From contig WLWN01000001.1 of NCBI GenBank assembly GCA_012103575.1, forward strand, positions 1,484,538-1,548,537: DNA of 64,000 nt, written 5' to 3'. How positions within the stretch are numbered: position 1 is the first letter of the stretch; every line of letters starts with the position of its first letter. Shown one piece after another: positions 49,048 through 58,769 of this stretch. A program made the position numbers and the translations under genes. Below the pieces are notes generated by a model that worked only from the letters and a program-made list of their open reading frames with translations, was not told where the DNA came from and ran no database searches. The stretch is from Kiritimatiellia bacterium (GTDB taxonomy: Bacteria; Verrucomicrobiota; Kiritimatiellia; WLWN01).

Positions 49048-50058
49048 ATGAAAGTCCTCGTCCTCGTAGACCCCGAATCCATACATCCCGAAGACCCTCA
49101 ATTCGAAAACGGTCATGAATCAACCCTCACCGAGGTAGAATATCATGTGCCCGAAGCCCTCCGCCATTTAGGTCATGAAGTTTCTGTGCTGCCGTTTGAC
49201 CCGAATATTCTGACGACGATCCATGAAATCAAGGCTTCTGCACCTCAACTTATTTTCAATTTAACAGAACATTACTCAGGGAATAGACAGATGGACTTAC
49301 ATATTGTCGCTCTTTTAGATATGCTGCATCTTCCCTATACAAGTACATCGCCTACCGGACTCATGCTGTGCCGACATAAAGGAATCTGCAAACGCATTCT
49401 CGGCCATCACAGAGTCAAAATTCCTACCTTCGTTACAGTCCCCCTTGGAAAAGCAAGAGTGACTAAACGGCTGCGCTACCCCATCATCGTAAAACCCGTT
49501 ATGGAAGATGGATCCGATGGCATTTCATTATCCTCCTTAGTCCATAACGAACAGGAGCTCAAAGAACGCATCATACAAGTGCATGAACGCATGAAACAAG
49601 CAACCATCTGTGAAGAATTCATTGAAGGTCAAGAGTTGTATGTCGGCATTCTCGGCAATAAGAGACTTCACGTTTTGCCTCCACGAGAAATTGCTTTTGA
49701 CCACCATGATGTCTCAGGTCCCATCATTGCTACATCTAAAGTGAAGCGCGATGAAGCCTATCGGAAAAAATGGAAGATCACGTACCGGCATGCCGAACTT
49801 GACCCAGTACTAGAAAAACGAGTCGCTAAAATCGGAAAACGGATTTATCGCCTGTTACAGCTTAAAGATTATGGCCGTATTGATCTGCGTGTGACGCCTG
49901 AAAAAGAGATCTATTTCTTAGAAGCCAATCCAAACCCCGATTTGTCCATGGGTGATAAAGTTGCCGAAGCCGCCGAAAAGGCAGGTATTCATTACAGCCA
50001 ACTCATTGACCGGATTCTGCGTTTAGCCATAAAAAGGAAAACACTTCACAAATCCTGA
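49048..50058 (+). CDS. ATP-grasp enzyme of the D-alanine--D-alanine ligase family
   Basis: 336 aa. 'HYSGNRQMDLHIVALLDMLHLPYTSTSP' (Ddl N-domain-like), 'IIVKPVMEDGSDGIS', 'EEFIEGQELYVGILG', 'YFLEANPNPDL'. Not in the dcw cluster. Confidence 0.65.
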   Translation: MKVLVLVDPESIHPEDPQFENGHESTLTEVEYHVPEALRHLGHEVSVLPFDPNILTTIHEIKASAPQLIFNLTEHYSGNRQMDLHIVALLDMLHLPYTSTSPTGLMLCRHKGICKRILGHHRVKIPTFVTVPLGKARVTKRLRYPIIVKPVMEDGSDGISLSSLVHNEQELKERIIQVHERMKQATICEEFIEGQELYVGILGNKRLHVLPPREIAFDHHDVSGPIIATSKVKRDEAYRKKWKITYRHAELDPVLEKRVAKIGKRIYRLLQLKDYGRIDLRVTPEKEIYFLEANPNPDLSMGDKVAEAAEKAGIHYSQLIDRILRLAIKRKTLHKS

Positions 50059-50121
50059 CTCAACCTTCCTCCATATGCATCTATTAAATGTTTAAATTGT
50101 TTAAAGATAGGAATTCAACCC

Positions 50122-53100
50122 ATGAAGCCTTCAATAGAAAAGTTAAAATCCCTTTGCCCAGATATTAGCGAGCCTGTCCTTCAGCAACACTTGGATCGAC
50201 TTGATCTGTCCTATTTTCAGCACTTTGAACCCTCTGCCATTGCCCAGCATATTAAAGGACTGGCTCAACTTTCTCCAACGTATCCGGTCCATATCATCAC
50301 ATCCTTTGACCCTAAAAATCATACGGCAAACTGCACCCTGCTCGCTTTCGACTATCTCTCAGAATTCTCTTTAATTACCGGCATTCTTGCTGGCATGGAA
50401 ACCAGTATACAATCAGGCGAAGTTTTTACCTATAAACGAACAAAGACACCCTCTCACAGTCATCGACAAAAAATGTATCGTTCCCGATCACACGTAGACC
50501 CTGAGCAGCGGCGTAAAATCATCGATCATTTTCGATGTCGAATCACCCCAAAACAAACTTACAAATACTGGAACCGAGAGATCCAAAAATGGCTTGTGGA
50601 AATTATTACATTACTCGAAAAAGGAGATAAACCATCCATACAAAAAGCTGAACATCGTGTCAACGAACACGTCACACAAAAATTGGCTGTACTGCAATCG
50701 AGCGACAACCCTGTTTTGTATCCCGTAGATATCGAAATTAATAATGAGTGTGGACCCTTTACAAGACTACGTGTTGTTTCTCAAGATACGCCCGCTTTTC
50801 TCTATACATTAACAACGGTGTTATCACTTCACAATCTTTCCATCGAACATGTAGAGATCCATACGCAAGAAAACCAAATCGAAGATATAGTAGATATCGT
50901 CACAACACGGGGAGAATCTATTCGCGATATACATTCGTTAAACAAAATTAAGCTGGCCGTCCTACTCACCAAACAGTTCACCTATTTTTTGGATAGAGCG
51001 CCTGATCCCTATTCAGCACTTGCCCGATTTGAACAGCTCGTCGAAGAAGTTGTTCAACTTCCGGATAGTCAGCAATGGATCGCGTCTCTTTCTGATCCGT
51101 ACGCCATGCAAAAGCTTGCCCGCGTATTAGGCGCCAGCGACTATCTGTGGGAAGACTTTATCCGGCTCCAATACGAAACGTTGATTCCCCTTTTCTCTTC
51201 ACACGTAAATGAGACTTCGTTCCATGTAAAAAACATGGATACACTTCCCGAACGACTCGATCAAGCGCTAGGCTTTGCTGAAACCTATGAAGATAAACGG
51301 AGGACGCTGAATCAATTTAAGAATCAAGAAATATTTCTGATTGATTTAGCCTATATTCTCGACCCTGAAAAAAATCTTAAACGCTTGGCTAGTCACCTAA
51401 CGCGATTAGCCGAAAACATTGTCAATACCGCAACATCGGTCGTTTATAACGACCTTGCTGAAAAATACGGGAGCCCGAAGACTATAGGAGGTTTAGAGGC
51501 AACGTATTCTATACTAGGATTAGGTAAACTCGGTGGAAGAGCTCTCGGCTACGCATCCGATATCGAACTACTCTTCGTCTATAGTGATAATGGAGAGACC
51601 GATGGTCATACCCCTCTAGGCAACCAAAAATTCTTCTCTGATATGGCCCGGGAACTTTCGCAATTCATTGAAACAAAACGGGAAGGTATTTTTCATATCG
51701 ACCTACGTCTTCGCCCTCATGGACACAGCGGACCGATGGCATGCAGCCTTGAAAGTTTTATAAGTTACTACGGTCCGGGAGGCGAAGAAGCCCATTCCTA
51801 CGAAAGACTGGCGTTGGTGCGTATGCGCGCGATTGGGGGACATATGGAATTAGGAGGCCGATTGGAGCGTCTTAGAAATGAATTCATATATGCTACATCA
51901 AGTATCAAACTAGAAGAATTACAAACCCTGCGAATCAAACAATTTAAAGAAAAAAGAAAATCGGGGAGCTATAACGCAAAGTTTAGTCCAGGGGCCTTAG
52001 TCGATTTAGAATATACCGTACAGATTCTTCAGGTAAAACATGGAAAAGAGATACCCACGTTACGAACACCCCAGATTCATCAAGCCCTCGAAGGTCTAAA
52101 GCATGCAGGGGTCTTACAACAAAAAGAATGTGAACGCCTTATCGCGGCCTATCAGTTTTTCAGGCATCTCATCAATGGACTACGGATGCTTCGTGGTTCC
52201 GCTCAAGATCTCTTCCTCCCTTTTGTAGAGTCCTACGAATTTGTCCATCTTGCTAGGCGTATGGGCTATGAGCGTCAAGAAGAACTCGAACCGGCTCAAC
52301 AATTACATGTAGATTTTCAAACCCATACAGCTATCATACGTACTTTTGTTCAAACACATCTTGGTTCCAAATCCTTACCCGCTCCGACCATGGGCAATGT
52401 CGCGGATCTAATCCTTTCCCACACTGATGATGTGGGAAAAAGAGACAAAGTTTTAAGGGCTTCTGGATTCAAAGATCTACATAAAGCAACCAAAAATCTA
52501 CGTAGTCTCGCGGGCACAGGAAAACGCCAAGAGCTATTTGTGAAGCTTGCGATTTTAGCGTGTGACGTCCTACAACATGAGCCTGATCCAGATATGGCAT
52601 TAAATAATTGGGAACGCTTTATAAACAGGGTTCGCGATGTAGAAAAAGTATATCGAAAATTTCTAGCGCAACCCAAACATCTAGAGCTTATGCTTTCAAT
52701 TTTTTCGCGCAGCCAATTTTTGGCCGATTCACTAATATGCCATCCCGAATACCTCGAATGGGTCACCAACCCTGAAATCCTCCATAAAGAACTCTCCAAA
52801 GAAGAATGGGGAAAAGAATGGAACGATTTGACTCCAGCGATTGAACAAGATGAAGAGTGGCTTAATAGACTAAGAGGGTATCGGAAAAGAGAAATGCTGC
52901 GTATCGGCGTTCGCGATATGTGCCTTTGCATACCTATACAAGATATTATGGCCGACTTAAGTGGTTTAGCTGAAACAATCACACAAATCGCTCTTGATCG
53001 TGTTTGGCTTAACCTTCAAAAGGAATATAAACTCTCGAAAGAGACCATCCATATCCTCGCAGATCATTTTTGCATCATGGCCTTTGGGAAGTTAGGTGGC

Positions 53101-53925
53101 CAAGAATTGAACTATAGCTCAGACATCGATCTACTCGGTCTTTACGATAATACGGCTCAACCAGTAAACAGTTCTCTGACCCTTGCAGAGTATTACGCTA
53201 AAGTAATGGAAAAACTACGTGCTGATTTAGCCACCCCCATGCTCCAAGGACATGCTTATCGAGTAGATTACCGACTGCGCCCCTATGGGAGCGCAGGTCT
53301 AATCGCCTGCACCTTTTCCGAAGTTAAAACCTATTATATAGAAAAGGCTTCTTTATGGGAAATACAGGCGTTACTAAAACTACGGGCGATTGCAGGGAAC
53401 CTATCTATGGGGCACGCTTTAAAAAAAGGACTCCACCCTTTACTCTGTCAACAGCGTACCGCCCAAGAGATTTTTCAATCGATTCACCATATGCGCGAAA
53501 TGGCTATTCAACAACAGTCCATAAAAAAAGGGGGACTTCTCGATGTTAAAACCGGAATCGGAGGGATACGAGACATCGAATTTCTCGTACAAGGACTACA
53601 ATTTTTTCATGGGCACAACAACCCTGACCTTCTAGGTGGAAATACGCTGAATGGACTGCATGCATTAGCCACGTCAAAGATTTTAGAACCCCATATCACC
53701 AAAGAACTTCAGGATGATTATATCTTCTTACGCCGTATAGAACATACCCTTCAAATTCTCCACGACCAACAAAGCCATTCAATCCCTGAAGACGAAAATG
53801 AATTAGAGGTCCTCGCTAAACGCGTGTTAGGCACAGAATACAATGCTAAAAAGTTTATTGATCATCTTGAAGCCCGACTCACCCATATCCGTACACTCTA
53901 TCTGAAATATTTATCGGTTGAATAG
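50122..53925 (+). CDS. glnE: Bifunctional glutamine synthetase adenylyltransferase/adenylyl-removing enzyme with ~300-aa N-terminal extension
   Basis: Two nucleotidyltransferase motifs ('LGLGKLGGRALGYASDIELLFVYSD', 'MAFGKLGGQELNYSSDIDLLGLYD'), each followed by a GlnE helical domain. 1267 aa versus about 950 typical. Extension residues 1-320 contain ACT-like segments ('FTRLRVVSQDTPAFLYTLTTVLSLHNLSIEHVEIHT'). Confidence 0.85.
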   Translation: MKPSIEKLKSLCPDISEPVLQQHLDRLDLSYFQHFEPSAIAQHIKGLAQLSPTYPVHIITSFDPKNHTANCTLLAFDYLSEFSLITGILAGMETSIQSGEVFTYKRTKTPSHSHRQKMYRSRSHVDPEQRRKIIDHFRCRITPKQTYKYWNREIQKWLVEIITLLEKGDKPSIQKAEHRVNEHVTQKLAVLQSSDNPVLYPVDIEINNECGPFTRLRVVSQDTPAFLYTLTTVLSLHNLSIEHVEIHTQENQIEDIVDIVTTRGESIRDIHSLNKIKLAVLLTKQFTYFLDRAPDPYSALARFEQLVEEVVQLPDSQQWIASLSDPYAMQKLARVLGASDYLWEDFIRLQYETLIPLFSSHVNETSFHVKNMDTLPERLDQALGFAETYEDKRRTLNQFKNQEIFLIDLAYILDPEKNLKRLASHLTRLAENIVNTATSVVYNDLAEKYGSPKTIGGLEATYSILGLGKLGGRALGYASDIELLFVYSDNGETDGHTPLGNQKFFSDMARELSQFIETKREGIFHIDLRLRPHGHSGPMACSLESFISYYGPGGEEAHSYERLALVRMRAIGGHMELGGRLERLRNEFIYATSSIKLEELQTLRIKQFKEKRKSGSYNAKFSPGALVDLEYTVQILQVKHGKEIPTLRTPQIHQALEGLKHAGVLQQKECERLIAAYQFFRHLINGLRMLRGSAQDLFLPFVESYEFVHLARRMGYERQEELEPAQQLHVDFQTHTAIIRTFVQTHLGSKSLPAPTMGNVADLILSHTDDVGKRDKVLRASGFKDLHKATKNLRSLAGTGKRQELFVKLAILACDVLQHEPDPDMALNNWERFINRVRDVEKVYRKFLAQPKHLELMLSIFSRSQFLADSLICHPEYLEWVTNPEILHKELSKEEWGKEWNDLTPAIEQDEEWLNRLRGYRKREMLRIGVRDMCLCIPIQDIMADLSGLAETITQIALDRVWLNLQKEYKLSKETIHILADHFCIMAFGKLGGQELNYSSDIDLLGLYDNTAQPVNSSLTLAEYYAKVMEKLRADLATPMLQGHAYRVDYRLRPYGSAGLIACTFSEVKTYYIEKASLWEIQALLKLRAIAGNLSMGHALKKGLHPLLCQQRTAQEIFQSIHHMREMAIQQQSIKKGGLLDVKTGIGGIRDIEFLVQGLQFFHGHNNPDLLGGNTLNGLHALATSKILEPHITKELQDDYIFLRRIEHTLQILHDQQSHSIPEDENELEVLAKRVLGTEYNAKKFIDHLEARLTHIRTLYLKYLSVE

Positions 53926-53951
53926 CCATCCACCTACTAAGTAGAATAAAA

Positions 53952-54114
53952 CCTGGATCCGTAAGTTAAACGTAGGATTTCTGTGCGAATGCTTTGGAGG
54001 CAAAAGGTTGCAAAAAAACGCAGGCGCACCCGCTGGGTGCGTCGAGGCTTTTTTGTAATTCCTTTTGGCCCAAATGGTTCGTGCAGAACACCGCGTTTAA
54101 CTGACGGATCCAGG
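53952..54114 (+). mobile_element. MITE copy 2 (TSD TAAAA)
   Basis: Same 163-bp element, flanked by TAAAA on both sides. Lies between convergent glnE and menE. Confidence 0.85.
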
Positions 54115-54260
54115 TAAAACACATATAACAAAAACTCTGCAGAAGCATCCGATTCCGACTTTTTATTACACAACTGATAATTTTTCGGACTATGAAAACT
54201 CGACATCTGAGTCAAATAATCATTGATGATGTGTTAGTGGACGTTCGTTAAAGTCACTTA

Positions 54261-55688
54261 TTATGATATGTAGCCAGATAGACGTTTACGATCTACTTTC
54301 ATCCTATCCGGTTCCATTTCTTCTGGCCAGGGATAGAAAACGACCGGAATTTTGAATCGAGGCAAAACCTGTTCCAAACAGTAAACTATTTTTTGTATAT
54401 CTATATCCCCATTTTTTCCCTGAATAAAAGCCACCGGTCTAGACCCGAATTCTTCATCAGAAACAGGGACAACAATGGCTTGATCAACATCTTCTAACAT
54501 GCAGATAGCCCGTTCGATTTCTTCGGGTTGGATATTTTCACCGCCTGAAATAAACATATTGTCTTTACGACCTAACACAATTAAATAACCTTCTTCGTCT
54601 AGATACCCCCTATCACCCGTGGCAAACCATCCTTCATGATTAACAGGACAATGAGCATCTTGACCGTCGACATATCCGGCAAATAAAGTCTTTCCTCTCA
54701 CCCAGATTTCTCCGTCTTTTTCAATTTTAAGCTCTCGGTGTTTTAAAAGTTGACCCGAGGTTATCCTTTTTACAGGCGGAGAATCAGGACGCATACTGGT
54801 TACTTGTGAAGCCATTTCCGTAAGTCCATAGGTTATATAAACGGGGAGTTTCTTTTTATAGGCCTCTTTTAATAATGTAGAGGATACAGAACTCCCCCCT
54901 AAAAGAATAACCTGAAGGTTTTGAAAATCGGCTTGTTTGAATTTGCTTTTTGATAAACGGTATAATTGTGCAGGAACAAGAGAACAATGCGTGATACCCT
55001 CTTCTTTTAAAGAGGTATCAATGGCTCTTTTTCTTTCAGGGATAACCATAGTGGCGCCGGTAATAAGACAACGAAAAAGTATCGCCAATCCTCCCACATG
55101 ATAAAGGGGCAGGGATATAAGCCATCGATGTTTTGAACGTAAACGAAGGATCAAATTACTTCCCTGTGCACTATAATAATGATTTCCGTAGGTTAGCAAA
55201 ACAGGTTTAGGAGCTGAAGAAGAGCCTGAAGTAAAAACGATCGTTGTGGGTTGTGATAACGAAATCATATCATCTTCGATAGATTTCTTTTGGGTTAAGG
55301 TTTTTATAATAAGGTCATCCGGACTCCATCTCTCCACACCTGCAAGAAGCTTAAGGCCCTTTCCCTCTACATAGGCTATTAACTTTTTATAGTCAATCGC
55401 GTCTAATTGATTTCTTAAAGTTTGTGCAGGCAGCCTTGTACTCATATGACAGGCAATGGCTCCTATACGCAACAAACTCAACGTCAAAACAATAGTTTGC
55501 CAATCGTTATTCATAAAAATAGCAATGCGATCACCCGGTTTACAATGTCTCTCACGCAATCGTCTCGTCGTTGACGTAACTATTAGATCAAGTTGATTGT
55601 ACAAAAGTTTGACCTCTCCACTTATAATAGCCGTTGCTTCACCTGAGATATTTGCTGTTTCCCTTAAGGGACATTTTATCTTAGTCAT
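54261..55688 (-). CDS. menE: o-Succinylbenzoate--CoA ligase
   Basis: AMP-binding motifs 'VFTSGSSSAPKPVLL', 'YGLTE', 'GWFATGDRG', 'GRKDNMFISGGENIQPEEIE'. Overlaps menC by 8 nt. Co-operonic with menC and menA. Confidence 0.75.
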   Translation of the reverse strand: MTKIKCPLRETANISGEATAIISGEVKLLYNQLDLIVTSTTRRLRERHCKPGDRIAIFMNNDWQTIVLTLSLLRIGAIACHMSTRLPAQTLRNQLDAIDYKKLIAYVEGKGLKLLAGVERWSPDDLIIKTLTQKKSIEDDMISLSQPTTIVFTSGSSSAPKPVLLTYGNHYYSAQGSNLILRLRSKHRWLISLPLYHVGGLAILFRCLITGATMVIPERKRAIDTSLKEEGITHCSLVPAQLYRLSKSKFKQADFQNLQVILLGGSSVSSTLLKEAYKKKLPVYITYGLTEMASQVTSMRPDSPPVKRITSGQLLKHRELKIEKDGEIWVRGKTLFAGYVDGQDAHCPVNHEGWFATGDRGYLDEEGYLIVLGRKDNMFISGGENIQPEEIERAICMLEDVDQAIVVPVSDEEFGSRPVAFIQGKNGDIDIQKIVYCLEQVLPRFKIPVVFYPWPEEMEPDRMKVDRKRLSGYIS

Positions 55689-56781
55689 AGGTTAAATCCT
55701 GTAGCTCCTCACATCGTATTTCAGGGGGGGATTTTTCTAACTCATCCAACTTAATACATCCACCCCTAAAAGGGATTGGCATAGATAAAACATCTTTTTT
55801 AAGCCATCGATAAGTATCTAGACCCGCAGAAGTAACTCTGTCACCGATGGCAGCAGCCAGTTGCACGAGGGCACAGATTCCAACGCCGGATTCAAAAGTA
55901 GAACTGATAACCGATCTAATTCCTAATGATCGGGCTTTATTCGAAAGATTCAAAGCCTGTAAAATCCCTCCCAAAAGAGTGGGTTTTATAATGACGGCTT
56001 TTATCCCTTGCCAATCCTCTATATTGGATCTGTTTATAAGGCTTTCATCTAAAGCAACGGGTAATGAACTCTCTGCCATGAAGACGGCTAAATCTTCAGA
56101 TGCTTTGAGAGGTTCCTCAATATACTCGACCTTGTCTGATTGAATGGTACGGCTAAAGGTTAAAGCTTCATCTAATGTCCATGCTTGGTTTGCATCCAAT
56201 CGTATCGTCATATCTTTATTGGCAATGTCACATACTTTATTTATACACTCTATATCGTCAACGAGAGCCCCCTGCCCTACTTTAACTTTCAAAGTTTTAT
56301 ACCCATTGTGCTTCGCTTGTTCTGCAGATTCACAGATAGTATCCATACCTCCCGTTAATAAAGCATTAATGAATACAAAATCATTTATTCGGGTCGATAG
56401 GATCGAAGAAACAGATGTTGCCCATTCTTCAGCAGCGAGATTACACATCGCTGTCTCAAGACCGAAACGTACAGAAGGGTAAAGGGTCATGGTTGAGAGA
56501 GGTTCTAATAGACGTTCTAAAGACACGGTGGTTTTGTCGATAGTTACGCCTATCATGTTTTGGGTAAATTCGGGTACCTGTTCTTTGATGGTTTCCCATG
56601 TTTCTGAACTAAATTGGGGGATCGGTGCAATATCCCCCCACCCTACACCTCCTGACTCAGCGATACATTTGATGAGAAACCCTGACCGAAAATGGATGGA
56701 TAATCCCTTTAGAGAAAGAGGGTTGATCAATGGAAGTGTATACCCCCACACTTCACACGCGACAATTCTCATAGATTCCAA
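55681..56781 (-). CDS. menC: o-Succinylbenzoate synthase (enolase superfamily)
   Basis: 366 aa with 'YKTLKVKVGQ', 'RLDANQAW' and 'EEP' enolase-superfamily metal-ligand motifs. Confidence 0.8.
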   Translation of the reverse strand: MESMRIVACEVWGYTLPLINPLSLKGLSIHFRSGFLIKCIAESGGVGWGDIAPIPQFSSETWETIKEQVPEFTQNMIGVTIDKTTVSLERLLEPLSTMTLYPSVRFGLETAMCNLAAEEWATSVSSILSTRINDFVFINALLTGGMDTICESAEQAKHNGYKTLKVKVGQGALVDDIECINKVCDIANKDMTIRLDANQAWTLDEALTFSRTIQSDKVEYIEEPLKASEDLAVFMAESSLPVALDESLINRSNIEDWQGIKAVIIKPTLLGGILQALNLSNKARSLGIRSVISSTFESGVGICALVQLAAAIGDRVTSAGLDTYRWLKKDVLSMPIPFRGGCIKLDELEKSPPEIRCEELQDLTYD

Positions 56782-57668
56782 CCCATTGCAAAAAGGACGC
56801 TATATAGCAAAAGCAGCTTGGCCGTGTAGCCTAAGAGGGGATTCAATACTGTTCCACTTGTTGCATTAAACATTTTACGGATAGCGGGTAGCGCTAAAAT
56901 TAAAATAAGGATTGTCGTTAAAGCGTACATACGTTCGCTCAACCGGAAAACTAGAAAGACAGGTATGATGACTGCTCCGCCAATACACGTGACATATTCT
57001 AACCGAGCAAACGTTTTTCCAAAACGCACGGCCCATGTTTTTTTTCCTACTTTAGCGTCCTCTTCTCTATCCCTAAGATTGTTTACAACTAATATAGCCA
57101 CAGACAAAAAACCAGGGGGAAACCCAGCCAAAATAACGATCCAATTTATTTCTAAAGCTTGGACATAATAGGTCGTTACCACCGCTACCGGACCAAAAAA
57201 CACTAATACAAATAGGTCGCCCAGACCGTGATATCCCAATGGAAACGGACCTGCTGTATACAAGATACCGAACAGGATAGAAAAAATTCCTATTATAGCA
57301 ATAGGCCAACCAGCTCTATATATTAAATAAAGACAAAAAAGGAAAGCGATGCCAAAGGCAAGAGATGTGGCCCATATCATCGTCTGCGGGCTCACAAGAC
57401 CAGCTTGTGTGGCTCTAAGAGGACCTTTCCGTTCTTTGGTATCCGCTCCTTTTTTAAAATCGGCAACATCATTACAAAAATTTGTGCCTATTTGGATGAA
57501 AACCGCAAATAACAATGCCACACTAGCAGATAAAAGATGTACAAAACCATCGGAATAGGCGATCGCCGTTCCGATCAAAACTGGGGAAAAAGCCGCCCAG
57601 AGCGTCTTAGGTCTACATGCTATAATCCAAATCGCGGAAGAGCTTAACTGAGTTCTTTTTATATTCAT
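56769..57668 (-). CDS. menA: 1,4-dihydroxy-2-naphthoate polyprenyltransferase (UbiA family)
   Basis: 299 aa polytopic protein with 'NDVADFKKGADTKER' and second 'NNLRDREED' Asp-rich motifs. Confidence 0.85.
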   Translation of the reverse strand: MNIKRTQLSSSAIWIIACRPKTLWAAFSPVLIGTAIAYSDGFVHLLSASVALLFAVFIQIGTNFCNDVADFKKGADTKERKGPLRATQAGLVSPQTMIWATSLAFGIAFLFCLYLIYRAGWPIAIIGIFSILFGILYTAGPFPLGYHGLGDLFVLVFFGPVAVVTTYYVQALEINWIVILAGFPPGFLSVAILVVNNLRDREEDAKVGKKTWAVRFGKTFARLEYVTCIGGAVIIPVFLVFRLSERMYALTTILILILALPAIRKMFNATSGTVLNPLLGYTAKLLLLYSVLFAMGWNL

Positions 57669-57815
57669 TAACGGTATTTGGCGATCGAATGTCCTCGACT
57701 TTTCCGAAAGTTGATGTACATTTTTATCATGTTAAAAATTTTAACCCATATAGCGTGTCTTATTAACAGGGTTATTAACAGAAAAAGCAAGAAGAGTCCG
57801 TTGAAGACTTCTTCT

Positions 57816-57976
57816 TGGATCCGTCAGTTAAACGTGGGATTTCTGTGCAAATGCTTTGGAGGCAAAAGGTTGCAAAAAAACGCAGGCGCACCCGCTGGGT
57901 GCGTCGAGGCTTTTTTGTAATTCCTTTTGACCCAAATGGTTCGTGCAGAAAACCGCGTTTAACTGACGGATCCAGG
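57816..57976 (+). mobile_element. MITE copy 3 (TSD TTCTT)
   Basis: Same element with the left terminus mutated to CTTGGATCC. Flanked by TTCTT on both sides. Sits in the divergent menA/exonuclease promoter region. Confidence 0.85.
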
Positions 57977-58001
57977 TTCTTATAAGCTTTCTCTTGGGTT
58001 A

Positions 58002-58628
58002 GTGATTATCATATTAATCGCACCTACTTTATCAACGGCCAATAAGAAAACTACGATTAAAAAATCTTCGCTCGTCTCCGACATAACTTTTGTAGCTTTT
58101 GACACTGAAACGACGGGTATTAATCCGAAAAAAGACCGAATTGTAGAAGTCGGTGCCGTAAAATTTCGTTCTGGGATAATTATTGAGGAAAAGAGTTGGT
58201 TAATTAACCCTAAACGAAAAATTCCTCATCGCGTCCAAAAAGTTCACGGGATCACTCATGAAATGGTTAAAGATAGTCCGTCATTTGTAGATATCTATCC
58301 TGAATTCAAAGCGTTTATCAAAGGCTCTGTCTTACTCGCTCATAATGCGCGCTTCGATGTTTCTTTTGTAGGAGAGGAGATCAAAAGAAACAAACAGGAA
58401 CTACCCAATAATGACGTGTTAGATAGTCTAAGACTTTTTAGAAAGTGGTTTCCCAAATCAAAGCCTCATTCACTCTCTGCCTTAGCGGATTATGCAAAAA
58501 TTGGGGAAGATCCTAATCATCGTGCATTAGCCGATTCCATTGCCGTAGCTCTCATTTTTGAAAAAGGGATTAAAACGAAAAGGCTAAGTAAAGTCTACAA
58601 AGATGCTGGAGGGGCGCTGCGATTTTAA
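58002..58628 (+). CDS. DnaQ-like (DEDDh) 3'-5' exonuclease
   Basis: Exo motifs 'FVAFDTETTG', 'LLAHNARFDVSFV', 'HRALADS'. The GTG at 58002 is the longest start; the true start may be further downstream. Confidence 0.7.
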   Translation: MIIILIAPTLSTANKKTTIKKSSLVSDITFVAFDTETTGINPKKDRIVEVGAVKFRSGIIIEEKSWLINPKRKIPHRVQKVHGITHEMVKDSPSFVDIYPEFKAFIKGSVLLAHNARFDVSFVGEEIKRNKQELPNNDVLDSLRLFRKWFPKSKPHSLSALADYAKIGEDPNHRALADSIAVALIFEKGIKTKRLSKVYKDAGGALRF

Positions 58629-58769
58629 GAAAAATTGCAGAGTTAGACAACCCGTCACCTTATATCCCCATCTTTTTCAAAAGCGTCAAATTTAAACTTC
58701 TTTGTTGCCTTTGTTTCCTTCTGTAAATAATCTCCTGTGACTTCTACATTAAAGCAAAGGAAAAAGATT

